A stretch of 64,000 nt of DNA, taken from assembly GCF_963921235.1 (NCBI RefSeq), contig NC_086118.1, positions 20,090,001 through 20,154,000 on the forward strand. Reading direction: 5' to 3'. The notes beneath the pieces were generated by a model. It made no database searches. It saw nothing but the letters and a program-made list of their open reading frames with translations, and was not told the DNA's origin. Made by a program: the position numbers and the translations under genes. Shown here one piece after another: positions 51,850-64,000 of this stretch (within the stretch, counting starts at the first letter, position 1; each line of letters begins with the position of its first letter). This stretch comes from Mobula hypostoma (Eukaryota).

Positions 51850-52250
51850 GTATCACAGTATTCAAACCAGATGATAATCTCAAGTACAGAATGTAGGTTA
51901 TCATAGCAGTACTGTATTCATGGAGTGCTGTGCTATCAGAGATGTTGTCTTTGGGCAAGGCAATAATGACACCTTCTGCTCTTGCAGGTGGGTGTAAAAG
52001 TTACTCTGGCACTCTATAGATAAGCAGCACTTCCTCAATTTCACCAATTAGTATTTATCTCTCAAGTGGCATCACTGAAACAGTTTACCTGATTATCATC
52101 ATTATCATCATCACAGCAGTCTATGACGCTTACTATTTATAAATTGGCTGCTACATTATAATGATGACATCTAAATACTTAATTGGCTGTAAAATGCTTT
52201 GGGTCACTCCAAGGACATGAAGATTGATTTGGAAATGTCAGTTTCTCTTT
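51850..52250 (+). mobile_element. Deu-domain SINE (SacSINE1/AmnSINE-like)
   Basis: ggagtgctg...gtcttt, caggtgg.tgtaaaag...tggcact, aaattggctgc and ttggctgtaaa..gctttggg match the Deu-SINE layout as I recall it. Confidence 0.7.
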
Positions 52251-52329
52251 ATCATACTGGATAGCTTTAAGGCGTTGAGATAGGGGCCACCCCTCAAGTC
52301 TTCTACATCTAGAAGTGTAAGCAAGTGTA

Positions 52330-52673
52330 TACTGTACATGACAAGCCTGGGGAAAGGCTGGATCCAGACTGATCCTGTTACGTTACCACCTCTGACCACT
52401 ATTTATTCAAGCTCAGCACTCTTTTCTTGATCTTGAAACCTCAGGGATCAAAATCCCATGAAGACCCACACTCAATGATTCAGGAATAGCTTCTTCCCTT
52501 CCACCATCAGATTTCTGAATGATCTATAAAACCATGAACATTATTTCTTTTGTTTTGAACTATATTTATTTTGTAATTTAGAGTAGTTTTATGGCTTTTC
52601 ACTGCACTGCTACTGAAAGACATCAAATCTCACATCATATAAGACAGTTACAATAAACCTGATTCTGATTTTG
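52330..52673 (+). mobile_element. Rex1/Babar-like 3' fragment
   Basis: FRNSFFPSTIRFLN, then aataaacctgattctgatt tail. Confidence 0.65.
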
Positions 52674-54184
52674 ATCTGACCATGATTCTTTACACTCTTC
52701 CTCCCCTTTGACTACATGTTACCAATGATAATGATACATCTTCTCCAGTATGATCCTCTGCAGTCCTTTGCTGGTCATTGACCGCCTTCCTCTCTCAGTC
52801 CTGCTGCTGCATAACAATGATATCATTGTCACAATTATTTCTGCTCCTTTTCTCAGATTGTGATCTCCTACCCACAAACCTAAAGGTTGTCCTTTTTCTT
52901 TCAGCATCCAACTGCTATTTCTATGACATTATTGAGGAGAATAAGGTCAACACTCAATGGCGCTAGACTTTAGCTCACCGCTACCTCCAGTGGCCTGAGG
53001 GTTGTTACCAAGCCACTGAGTGAACAGGACATGGATCAACCAATACTTTCCCTGGCTGGACCATGGAGACACAAGAGACTGCAGATACTGGAAACCTGGA
53101 ACAGGAGCTGTAAGAACTCAGTCGGCCAGGCTGCAAATGTGAAGAGAAATAGACTGGTGACATTTTGGATCAAGACCCTTCGTCTGATCTAGTAGCCAGT
53201 TGATCCACACCAAGATTGGGCTTCATTTGTAATCCAGAATCTTCTAATCGCTATCTCAAACTTCTATCTTGATCTCCAAGCTCTTCATACTTCTCCTACA
53301 CTCAACCCAGTTATTTCCACTTCCAAGCAGCCTAGATCCACTTCATCCGTAATGTCCGATGCTCGTTGAGCTACTCCCACAGCCTGCTAAACAGTAGCTG
53401 TCAGCACTCCACCTGTGGTAGAAGGCTATTCAAATGTCACAACTCAGCTAAATTTGGAACACCCACAAATGCTGGAGGAGGGAAAATAATGCATGCCTAG
53501 CCCATGCCCAATTGCCCCAATGCAGATTCCACGTGAATTTTTTTATAGCCGTTCAATGAAATATCTTCAGAGGTCAGCCCACACTGACTATGCTGTTTAA
53601 TGCATGTTGCATCAGCAGTGGGTCCCATTTAAGAAATGGTTAGCAATACTCAGATGTGGCCTGCTCGGTCCAAAGCCAACTTACATCTCTCAAGGAGGAG
53701 GTACACAGTAATGCAGAAGGTGATGGATACCAAAGTGGAGCTAATAGCAAAGAGTCATGTAGAAACACAGGAGAGCAAACATCATGGTTTTCCAGGCATG
53801 CACTGGAGAGGGTAAAAAGTAGAAGGGATATCCTGTCCAAAGGGTGCTCACACAAAATCTAGTGAGCAGAAAAAATAAGGATGGCAGAAACCCAGTTTCA
53901 AGGGCAGTTCAAGTGCACAAAGTTTAGCATCATCACACACTAGTAGGATTAGAAAAGACAATGTTAATTCCAATTCTCACCATCAGTTCACTAATACTGT
54001 TCTATTCACCATACTTTATCATTCATCCATTCTTAATTTCTATAATCAGAATCCGTACCCATTACATTGATTCAGAATCCCAACTCCAGTAGTCTATTAT
54101 CTGACTGTTTGGAAATCAGAATATATCTCTGCTATGTGGAACAGTCCATGGTCCATGCCTCACTGGCATGACTCCTCAACTCTT

Positions 54185-55575
54185 CCTACATTGGTGCTGC
54201 TTCCTGCACCCATGCTGAGCTTGTCGACTTCATCAACTTTGCCTCCAGCTTCCACTCTGCCTCAGCGTTACTTTGTCCATTTCTAACAACCCTCCCTTTT
54301 CTCAATCTCTCTGTCTCCATCTCTAGAGAAAGTCTATCTACCAATATATTTTGTCAACCGTCTGACTCTCACAGCTATCTGAACTATACCTCTTTCCACC
54401 CTGTCACTTGTAAAAATGCCATCCCTTTCTCTCAATTCCTCCATCTCCGCCACATCCAGTCCACTGAGATGTCCTTCTTCAAAGAAGGGGACGTTCCTTC
54501 CTCCACCATCAATGCTGCCCTTATCTTCATCCCGTCCATTTCGCACAAATCTGCCTTCACCCCATCCTCCCGCCACCACACGAAGGACAGGGTTCCTCTT
54601 GTCCTCACCTACTGTCCCACTAGCTTCCAAGTCCAGCACATAATTCTCAATAACTGCTGCCATCTCCAGCAAGATCCCACCACCAAGCACATCTTCCTCT
54701 CCCTTTCCACTTTCTGCAGGGATTGCTCCCCATCCAATTCCCTTGACTACTCATCCCTCCTGATCTTCCTCCTGGTACGTAGCTTTGCAAGTGGAACAGC
54801 TGCCACACCTACCCCTACACCTCCTCCTTCACTACCATTCAGGACCCCAAACAGTCCTTCTAGATGAGGAAACATTTCATCTGTGAGTCTGTTGGGGTCA
54901 TCCACTGTATCCAATGTGGCCTTCTGTATATTGGTGAGACCCAATGTAGGATTGGAGACTGCTTCGCCAAGCACCTTTGCTCCATCCGCCAGAAAAAGCA
55001 GGATCTCCTGGTGGCCATCCATTTCCATTACGACATGTCAGTCCATGGCCTCCTCTACTGCCGCAATTAGACCACACTCATGTCGGAGGAACAACAATTT
55101 ATATTCTGTTTGGGTAGCCTCCAATCTGATGGCATGAACACTGAATTCTTGAACTTCCAGAATTTGCCCCCCCCCCACCATTTCCCATTCCTGTTTCCCT
55201 CTCTAACCTTATCTCCTTACTTGTCCATCACCATCCCTCTGCTGCTTCTCCCCCCCTTCCCTTTCAGCTATGGTCTTCTGTCCTCTCCAATCAGATTCCC
55301 CCTTCTCTAGCCCTTAATCTTGTTCACCAGTCAACTTACCAGCTCTTTGCTTCACCCCCCCCCCCGTTTCACCTGTCACCTACCACCTTGTACTTCTTCC
55401 TCCACTCTACCCACTTTCCTACTTTGATCTCTTACTTTCCTTTCAGTCCTAAAGAAGCGTCCCGGCCCGAAACATTGACTGTTTACTCCTTTCAGTAGAG
55501 GCTGCCTGGCCTGCTCCAGCATTTTGTGTGTGTTTCTTTGGATTTCCAGCATCTGCAGATTTTCTCGTGTTTGAG
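54185..55575 (+). mobile_element. Penelope-like element: RT C-terminus, GIY-YIG endonuclease and pLTR
   Basis: DSHSYLNYTSFHP..CKNAIPFSQFL, VIHCIQCGLLYIGET..RIGDCFAKH, and a terminal hammerhead motif. Confidence 0.85.
55444..55481 (+). ncRNA. Minimal type-I hammerhead ribozyme motif (core mutated)
   Basis: cagtc-ctaaaga-a-gcgtcccggccc-gaaacatt-gactg. Stem I is perfect; the core is substituted. Confidence 0.55.
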
Positions 55576-55717
55576 ATTGCATCTCAAGACTACGCGTCAA
55601 ACAGGAATTGCCTTTGGTTAGCCATATCAAACAATACAACGAAAGTTTAGAGGTGTTGCAAATACATTCAGATTCAGCCTAGACCTTCAGTGAGCTTAAC
55701 AAACAGCAAGAGCATGC

Positions 55718-56157
55718 CAAGATGAGGCCACCCTCAGGGTGGAGGAGCATCACCTTATATTCTGTCTGGGTAGCCTCCAACCTAATGGCATGAATATCAA
55801 TTTCTCCTTCCAGTTAAAAAAAATCCCTCTCTTCTCTCTTCTTACCTGCTTATCACTTCCCCCCGGGTAGCCTCCAACCTGATGGTGACCCCTCCTCTTT
55901 ACCTTTCTCCTATGGTCTACTCTCTTCTCGTATCAGATTCCTTCTTCTCCAACCCTTTACGTTTCCCACCCACCTGGCTTCACCTAGTCCTCCTATCTAG
56001 TCCTCCTTCCCCTCCCCTGACCTTTTTACTCTGGCATCTTCTCCCTTCCTTTTCAGTCCTGAAGAAGGGTCTCAGTCTGAAACGTCAGCTGTTTATTCAT
56101 TTCCATAGATGCTGCCTGACCTGCTGAGTTCCTACAGCATTTTGCGTGTGTTGCTCT
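55718..56157 (+). repeat. Second Penelope pLTR-type copy
   Basis: Aligns with ~55065-55540. Confidence 0.8.
56054..56091 (+). ncRNA. Minimal type-I hammerhead ribozyme motif (core intact, stems weakened)
   Basis: cagtc-CTGAAGA-a-gggtctcagtct-GAAACGTC-agctg. Confidence 0.6.
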
Positions 56158-57299
56158 AAGAGGTTAACAATTTTCTAGAAATTCACTCAGCTGTTGCTCA
56201 TTTGAAAGAGCAACCTGTACTATCAATCAGCAAATGGTTTGAAAGCAGTCAAAGATGATTTCAATGGTGCATATAGGGTTCTTTCCTTCCACTGAATGCA
56301 TGTTAACCATACAAGCCCTAAAATGGTATACTGTAGCTAGTCCATTGGTGGTACTAGTATTAACCCAGCATTGCATTCTGATTGATTCCAGGACTTCCAA
56401 AATACATTGATGTTATTCTCACTGACATCATTTCCAATCTATGGTCAGCTCAAATCACAGTACAAATGCATAGAGTTACATTTCATGCCCAGAATAACAA
56501 TAGGTACTGCACAGTCAATTTTTTTGTATATCTTGGCTTTAAACCTTCTTGCTGCCAAAAACATAATAAACTACTTTACTTCAATCAAAATCCATCCCAA
56601 CTAATTCTGCAATTAAAAAGCAAAGCCAGTTTCTACATCGGGCTAATAACATTTAAAGCATTTGGATTTAGGCAGCTTTTAAATGTCAAGCAGCAATGCT
56701 CTGCTTTCACATGCAATCCAGAGTTGTATTACAATGTGAGTGCTAGCGGTATAACTCCTACCTGCTGACTTTTGCATCACACATTGCATATTCCATCTTG
56801 AGATCAGACCAACAGCGTAATTGGCCCCAAAGTGATACAATGGAACAATCACGAAAGTGTTCACAAGGAAGCAGGTTTATAAATAAATGATTTGAAGTTT
56901 ATGAAAAGAATATTCCGAACACGGTGTGTGTGATATGTTATCTTCCTGAAATATAAAACAGCTGGAATAGATTCCTATCATCTTAACTGCAGCCAATGAT
57001 TGAACGTCTCATAAAATTGAAGGTTCTTGTGGAAAAAATAAATCTTGTAGCCAATAACCTTGGTTAATTTACAGTGATGAATTGCTGGGAGGCAGCTGTA
57101 AAAATAACAGAGCTGATGCTCTTTACATGAACAATGATGGAATACCACAAGAACTGGTATATATTATGAGAGAGGTTTTGATAAACTTTGCTCAGCAGAG
57201 GAAGAGGTTGGGTAAGTTGTACAAGTAAACACAAAACAAAAAATAAATGTTGAAATATAAAATATTCAGAGTTTCAAATAATTTCAAATTTAGAGGTAC

Positions 57300-58012
57300 A
57301 TTAGATTAGATTAGATTCAACTTTATTGTCATTGTGCCAAGTACAGATAAAAAGCTAATGAAATGCAGTTAGCATCTGACCAGAAATGCAAAGAATAGTG
57401 TTATTTACAAAATAACTGTGAATAAAAAGTAAGTGCTACAGTACACAAATATAAAAGTACTGACACAGTACAATATGGGTGCAATACTGCTTAGCGCTGT
57501 GATGTGAGGTTCAGCAGGGTCACAGCCTCAGGGAAAAAGCTCTTCCTTGGTGCGGGAGCAGAGGCTCCTGTAGCGCCTATCGGATGGGAGGAGAGTAAAA
57601 AGTCCATCATTAGGGTGAGATGCATCCTTGATAATGCTTTTCACTCTGCCCAGGCAGCATTTATGGTAGATGTTCTCAATGGTGGACAATTGGGTGCCGA
57701 TAATCCTCTGGGCAGTTTTCACCACACGCTGGAGTGCTTTGTGGTCTCATACAGGACAATTGCCATACCACACTGAGATGCAGCTGGTGAGTATGCTCTC
57801 AATGGTACAGTGGTAAAAGTCCGTCAGTATCCTGGGACAGAGGTGAGCTTTCTTGATGCTCCGCAGGAAATAAAGGCGCTGTTGTGCCTTTCTGATCAGG
57901 ATGGAGGAGTTCAGGGACCAGGTGAGATCCTCAGAAACGTGGACACCAAGGAATTTGAAGCTTGATACACGATCCACTACAGCTCTGTTGATGTAGATGG
58001 GGATGTGAGTGT
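57300..58012 (-). mobile_element. 5'-truncated Rex1/Babar-like LINE
   Basis: SSFKFLGVHVSEDLTW, KAQQRLYFLR and IESILTSCISVWYGNC; (AATCT)n tail. Confidence 0.85.
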
Positions 58013-58844
58013 GACAACTAACTGAAAAAAATCCACATTGCTGATATAAAGTAACAAAGTTTATTCAAATTCATTTAAATGAGATTAAAACAGGAACTGT
58101 AGAAGGGATTGTAATTAGCATAGTACAGTTAGCTCTTGTCTTGTTTACGTCAAAATAGTTTTTTTAGATTGAATTAAAATTACTTCATTGTGTGTCAATT
58201 TAATCAAATTTATGCCCACTTGATCAATTAAAATGTTCTTGCCAGCAAATTATATCAGATCTCTATTGTTAAACTGACTCACCATATCCTATTCCAATCG
58301 CAGAACCAAACTATGTTACATAAATTGGTTAAAGGAATGGCCCATTTGAATGAAAGATAAACCTATCAACCTGAAATGAACTAACACCCAGCCACAGTGT
58401 CTCCACGGTCTCCACTGAAGAAATTCAAGTCTATCGACATACTAAGGTAATTGAGCTCCCCCTACTGTCATATTTAGGGAAATTATATTCACAATCACAC
58501 AAGCATATAGAGCCTGAAATGGTATAATATTAGAGTAAGTATATGCTTGACATTTTATGTTTAGTTCCATTTTGATACTGAAGGTACAAGGGGTAGGAGA
58601 GATGGAGGACAGTGCTCCTTTATGTGTTTACCACCTGCAACCAAAGACCGCTCCATTCCTGATCCAACCACAAGTGTTTGATAGCCAATCAGAAATCTTC
58701 CCACATTATACTTAATGGAGGCAATGTTCTATTTACCTAAAATGACAAAAAAAAGCCTGGAAATATTCAGCATGTCAGGCAGCATCAGGTAGAGCGGAAC
58801 ACAGAAATAATGTTTGACTGAGTAGCTGAGAAAGGAATTTTAGG

Positions 58845-59240
58845 TGTTCAATGAATATTTGCATCAGTATTTTCCAAGAAGTTGTTCATAGATGATGGTG
58901 AGATTAGGGAGAAATATACTGATATATCAGGGCATGCAATATTTTAAAAAGTGGTGATAGATTATTGAAAAACATTAAGATGAATAAGACCCCAAAGCTT
59001 GATTGGATTTATCCCATGATAACTGGGGCCTTATCAGAGATCTTTGTTTACTCTTTAGCTACAAGCAAGATGTCAAGGACTGGAGAATAGCCAATGTCAT
59101 GGTCATGTGAGCCATATTACATCAAAGGCAGAGAAAATGAAGAAGGTTCATAGGGAGAAGATTTATTCACATTTGGAAATTCATGGATTTCTTGGGGATA
59201 GTCAGCACAACACTTTGTGGGTACGGTCCTGTCTCACCAA
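58845..59240 (+). mobile_element. Decayed internal CR1 ORF2 fragment
   Basis: NEYFASVF, DWRIANV and DSQH remnants. Confidence 0.65.
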
Positions 59241-59600
59241 TGTGATAAGATCATAAGATACAGGAGCAGAATTAGGCCATTCAGCTCCCGGAGTCTGCTC
59301 CACTGTCCCAATATGACTGATTTATTATCCTTCTCAACCCATTCTCCTGCCTTCTCCCCACAATCTTTGAATCTCAGACTAATCAGGAAGCTCCACTTTA
59401 AACATACTCAATGACTTGGCCTCCACAGCCATCTGTGGCAGTGAATTCCACAGATTCATAGCCCATTGTCTCAAGAAATGCCTCTTCATCTCCATTCTAA
59501 ATGGACATCGCTTTATTTTGAGGCTGTGAGCTCTGGTCCTAGGCTCCCCCAGTATAGGAAACATCCACTGCACATCCACTCTATCCAGGCCTTTCAATGT

Positions 59601-62600
59601 TGTGGCAAACATTTGGTCCATTATGGCAGACGAGGAAGCTTGTTAAACTCAGCAACAGTTTTATTGTGATAGACACAAAACAGGCCGGGCACCACAACCC
59701 TGAGAGTGAACCCAACCAGTCTCACACCAATCGGGGAGGAGACTATCACACACCCCAGTTACAGTTAAGGTGACCCACAAATACTCAAGCAAATAATTGT
59801 ATAACCCAAGCTAAAATGTAACAATAAATGAACTGGAATTTCCAACCATAATCCCATAAAATCATTTTAACAAAAGAATAAGCAGCACTGGTCACTAGAA
59901 ATGCAGGGGCGGGCTGTCGACCACGCCTCCCCCACCCCACCCCCAGAGCATCACACTGCCCCCACCCGAGGGGTCAGCTGTCCCCAGCAACCCCAGTGTC
60001 CATAGCAAAGTCCAAATGTTCTAGTGGGTCGACACTGCCGCCAGTTTGTGTGGGTCAAGAGGCAGGGCACCCGGAGTGTCACTTCCTTCCTTCAGCCTCT
60101 CTGGGTTAGTGGCGCCCAAGGGCTGACACGGTGCCAACCGGTCCCGGTGCAGCACGTCTGCCTTCCGCCGCTCAGGGAACCACACCCGATATACCACATT
60201 AGATATGCAGTCGGGCACCTCTCCCGGCCCCTTCCAGTGGCTTTCAAGCCTGGGGAATAGTCCCTTCTTCCGGGAGGGGCAGTAGGCCCATACTGGGGTC
60301 ATCACCATGCATTGCTGCATTGGCACCCTCGACTGACGGCCTGGCCCCTTCTGGGCCTTGCAAGCATTGCAGCAGTTCACGAAAAGCTTCACGTCCTGCC
60401 TGTACCCAGGCCAGTTGAAGCGTTCACACAGCCTGCCCAGCGTCTTTGCAACTCCAGAATGGCCGGCCCCCACCAGCCCGTGCACTGCCACAGCACTGTG
60501 GCGCAGATCCCCCGGGGGACCACCCGCTGCAGGAGATGTCTGCCACCGACGGGACAGCAACCCGTCGTGGACCAACGGGGTTCCCCACTGCGAGGCTTTG
60601 GTCTCTGGGTCCAGGGCGGAGACCTCTGCTCACTCCGGCCGTCTCCCACACTCAGCCATTCTCTCACCTGGGCCAACACGGGATAGCTGCTGGTCCGTGG
60701 TGGGGAGGTGGTCGCCGGCTGTCACCTGAAGCGCCATCACTGTCGCTTGCTCCTGGTTCAGCTGTGTTGTGTTGGGTCACTGTCTGGTGCTCCGCACCGC
60801 CGCCGGCCGCTGTGAAACCGGTGGTGGTTGCTGCTCCCGCTGGGACCGCTTCCTGGAGCTGCCCTGCCGGAGAGCCGCGGCTCCAGCGCTGAGGCAGAGT
60901 GTTGCCCGCGACACATCCACACAGGCCCCCCAGCGGGACAGCAGGTCCAGGCCAGTGATACAGGACTCTCGGATGTCGGCGAGCCACACTTCGTGCGCCA
61001 CCGTGTTTTCCCCCACTGCGACGCGCAGCCTCCTCTTCCCTCGCATCGCCGCACAGTCACCGGTGACCGTAGCCAGCGGGACCGCTGTCGTTGTCCAGCC
61101 AGGCGGGGATGGCTGGTCCGTGTTGGGGAGAACACTGGGACGGATGATAATGATGGTTGACCCTGTATCCACCAACGCCCGGCATCTGATGCCCTCCAGC
61201 ACGCAGTCCACGTATAATCCTTGTTCTTCATCCAAACGGCCCACCCGGAGGGGTGACAACGGTTCTGCTGGAGGATTCAGGCGGCGCTGCCCCGCTCGGT
61301 ATTTCTCGATGGTAGCCCTGAGCTGTGGTGTGGTGCTGGTGCGGGGCAGTCCCGGGCCAAATGTCCTGCCTGACCACACCAGTAGCAGAGGTCATTTCAT
61401 GGCCGGCAGCAGGGTAGGCGCGGCGCTGGTCGGACCTGTCTCACGGGCTCCTCCTCGTCAGTTTCCTCCTCCGCCTCGGTGACACATACCCAGGTTCGCA
61501 GCGTGCGAGGTGATACTGGAACACCTTGAGGGGCTAAAATTGCTTCTGCCTCTCCGCCTCGGCCAGAGCCTTGTCCAACGACGATGGCGACGTCAGGCGA
61601 ACATGCTGCCGAAGGCACTCCGGCATTACCACCTTTACAAAGGCATGAAGGGCAAGCTCTTCCTGGTCCGCGGGAGGGAACTGGGGGGTTGCCATGCCGA
61701 GCACAGTGGCGAAGATCAGCTGCCAATGCCCCCAGACTTTCTCTACAGGTGTAAGGTCGAGGAGAGCCCGCAGGGCGTTTCCCTCCAGTGCCAGGGCAAG
61801 GTGGACCACTGTCTCGATGGGGCACCACCGGTTGTGCCACGCGGGAAGTTTGACTTGCGCCAGGTAAGGCTCCAGGCGCCTGGTACCGTTGTGTCTGGGG
61901 AGCCTCAGTGTGGACCTTGAAGGCGCAAATCGTCGAGGGCCTTTCATCTTCCTCTTGCTCCGGCGGCGTCTGCCATGGTGCCCATCCTCACATGGCTACG
62001 GCGTCTTGGGTTCGCCGGTGTAAGTCACTACGGAGGCGAGTGATGCGCTCCGCTCTATCCCCCGGGTTGGGGATCCTGGGTACACTCACTCCATTGGGAC
62101 TCCCTGGTTAGGCACGATGCTCGGTTGCCAGGTCCTCCCTCCGGGTCCCGGCTTCATGAGCCCCGCCTGTGAGTGAGGGGAGGCATACTGCTCGGTCCCG
62201 CGTCTTGTTCTCTAGGTCTTAAGGCACTCTATCCGACGCCGTAGCTCTTCAATCTCGTTGTCCATCTCGCATCCCACTCCTGACACCAACGTTGCGAGCA
62301 CTTGGTCCATAATGACAGACGTGGAAACTCATTGAACTCAGCAACTGTTTATTGCGATAGACACAAACCAGACCGGGCACCATGACCCGGAGAGTGAACC
62401 CAACCAGTCTCACACCGACGGGGGAGGTGACCATCACACACCCCGGTTACAGTTAGGGTGACCCACAAATACACAAGCGAATAACTGTGTAATCCAAGCT
62501 AAAATGTAACAATAAATGAACTGGAACTTTCCACCATAATCCCACAAAAGCATTTTAACACAAGAACAGTAAACAGTGCTGGTCATTAGAAATGCAGGGG

Positions 62601-62633
62601 CAGGCTGTCGACCACGTCCCCCAGAGCGTCACA
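59601..62633 (-). mobile_element. Non-autonomous Gypsy LTR element C (gag-protease-partial integrase; no RT/RNase H)
   Basis: LTRs at 59601-59955 and 62290-62633. 4-bp TSD ATGT/ATAT. Protease ALVDTGST, integrase HHCC (H...GH...CNAC) and GPF/Y-like (HWKGP...VVYRV). PPT at 59956-59970. Confidence 0.9.
62271..62288 (-). promoter_or_regulatory. Primer-binding site complementary to the tRNA-Leu 3' end
   Basis: Minus strand TGGTGTCAGGAGTGGGAT, 1 nt from the 5' LTR. It is the complement of ...ATCCCACTCCTGACACCA of vertebrate tRNA-Leu(CAG). Confidence 0.9.
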
Positions 62634-64000
62634 ATATTCAGTAGGTTTTAGTGAGATCCCCCATCATTCTTCTGCAAGCTAACCTTTAGGAGACCCTGCA
62701 TGAGGACTCCCAAGTCCCTTTGCACCTCTGATATTTGAATTTTCTCCCCATTTAGAAAAAAGTCTTTGACTTTATTCCTTCTACCAAAGTGCATGGCCAC
62801 ACAATTCCAGACGCTTTATTCCGTCTGCCACTTCTTTGCCCATTTACCAATCCATCTAAGTCCTTCTGCAAACCCTACTTCCTGAACACTATCTGCCCCA
62901 CCAGCTATCTTCATATGATCCGCAACTTAGCCACAAAGCCATCAATACTGTCATTCAAATCATTTCATCCTCAGGGTTCCTTTTACCTTAAACTCCCTAA
63001 TCAAATCCCCTTCCTTACACAACACCTAATCCAGGATTGCCTTTCCGGATTGCCAGCTGAACCACAGGCTGCTCTAAAAAGCCATTTCATAGGCATTCTA
63101 CAAATTCCTTCTCTTGAGATCCAACATCAACCTGATCTTCCCAATCTACCTGCATATTGAAATGCCCCGTGACTATCGTAACATTGCCTTTTTTACAGGC
63201 CTTTTCTGTCTCCTGCTGTAATTTGTACCCTACATCCTGGCTGTTGTTCAGAGGCCTCTATATGACTCCCAAAAGAATCCTCTTACCCTTGCAGTTTCTT
63301 AACTCTACCCACAGGTATTCTAGATCTTCCTATCCTATGTTGCCTCTTTAAAAGGATTTGATTTCATTTTTTACCAACAGAGCCATGCCATCCCCTCTGC
63401 CTACCTGCCTTTCCTTTCAATATATTGTGTATCCTTGGATGTTAAGCTCCCAACTATGATCTTCTTTCAGCCACAACTCAGATGCCCACAACAACATACC
63501 TGCCAAACGCTAACTGCACTACAAGATGTTCGAGGGTATTCTGTATAATATGTGCATTCAAATATAACACCTTCAGTCCTGTATCCATCACCCTTTCCGA
63601 ATTTCCTCCCACATTACACTTCGACCCATCCCACTGACTGCAATTTGCACTATTATCTCCCAGTCTTTCCCCATAGTCTCACTACACACTGCATCTGCTT
63701 GGATGCCAACTGTCCATTCCTCAGCCCTATCACGCTGGTTCCCATCTGCCTACGAAATCTGCTTAAACCCTCCCTAACAGCTCTAGCAAACCTGAATGCA
63801 AGGGTTCAGGTATAACTTGTCCTTTTTCTAGGGATCATGCTTTCCCCGGAGGACATCCCAAAGATCCAAAAATCTGAAACATTGCCTCCTTCACCAATTC
63901 ATCAGCCACGCATTCATCTGTCAAATCATCCTATACTTACCCCCACTGGTGCATGGCATAGACAGCTATCCAGAGATTACTGTCCTGGAGGTCCTGCTTT

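Larger units (their letters stand above)
59245..64000 (-). mobile_element. Old CR1 LINE (esterase ORF1 end, EN, deleted RT, 3' end), split by Gypsy C
   Basis: 3' UTR and RTRAHSLKIK at 59245-59600. Resumes at 62634. EN (VIYRPL) at ~63250 and ORF1 (VISG*L) at ~63970. Confidence 0.8.

Noticed and set aside
60000..62260. CpG island/promoter and many overlapping ORFs; Gmr1-type PR-IN-RT order
   Set aside because: GC richness and shadow ORFs derive from Gypsy C. No RT follows the integrase, so deletion explains the domain order.

Overview
Eukaryotic, repeat-dominated DNA with no intact host protein-coding gene that I can recognise. The repeat repertoire (CR1/L3 LINEs, HE1/V-type and Deu-domain SINEs, Penelope-derived pLTRs, Rex/Babar, Vingi, Nimb/I, RTE, L1, chromoviral Gypsy) points to a cartilaginous fish, probably a ray; this is inference. 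The main structure is one Gypsy LTR retrotransposon of about 5.2 kb, expanded to 27 kb (4126-31110, GGAAT target-site duplication) by nested insertions. These are a SINE, two CR1s, a second antisense Gypsy whose 5' LTR holds a Nimb/I LINE (itself holding a CR1 and an RTE inside another element), a full-length L1 that duplicated the second Gypsy's terminus, and a 62-bp hAT-like MITE. Several of these junctions can be rebuilt from TSDs. The right half has older CR1, Rex and Penelope debris, a Vingi LINE, DeuSINEs, Penelope pLTRs with minimal hammerhead-ribozyme motifs, and an RT-less Gypsy with a perfect tRNA-Leu primer-binding site. It also has an unexplained ~180-nt CpG-rich rod-like hairpin with G-U-biased pairing (49812-49992). 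Family names come from motif recognition only, with no database search. Boundaries not defined by TSDs are approximate.
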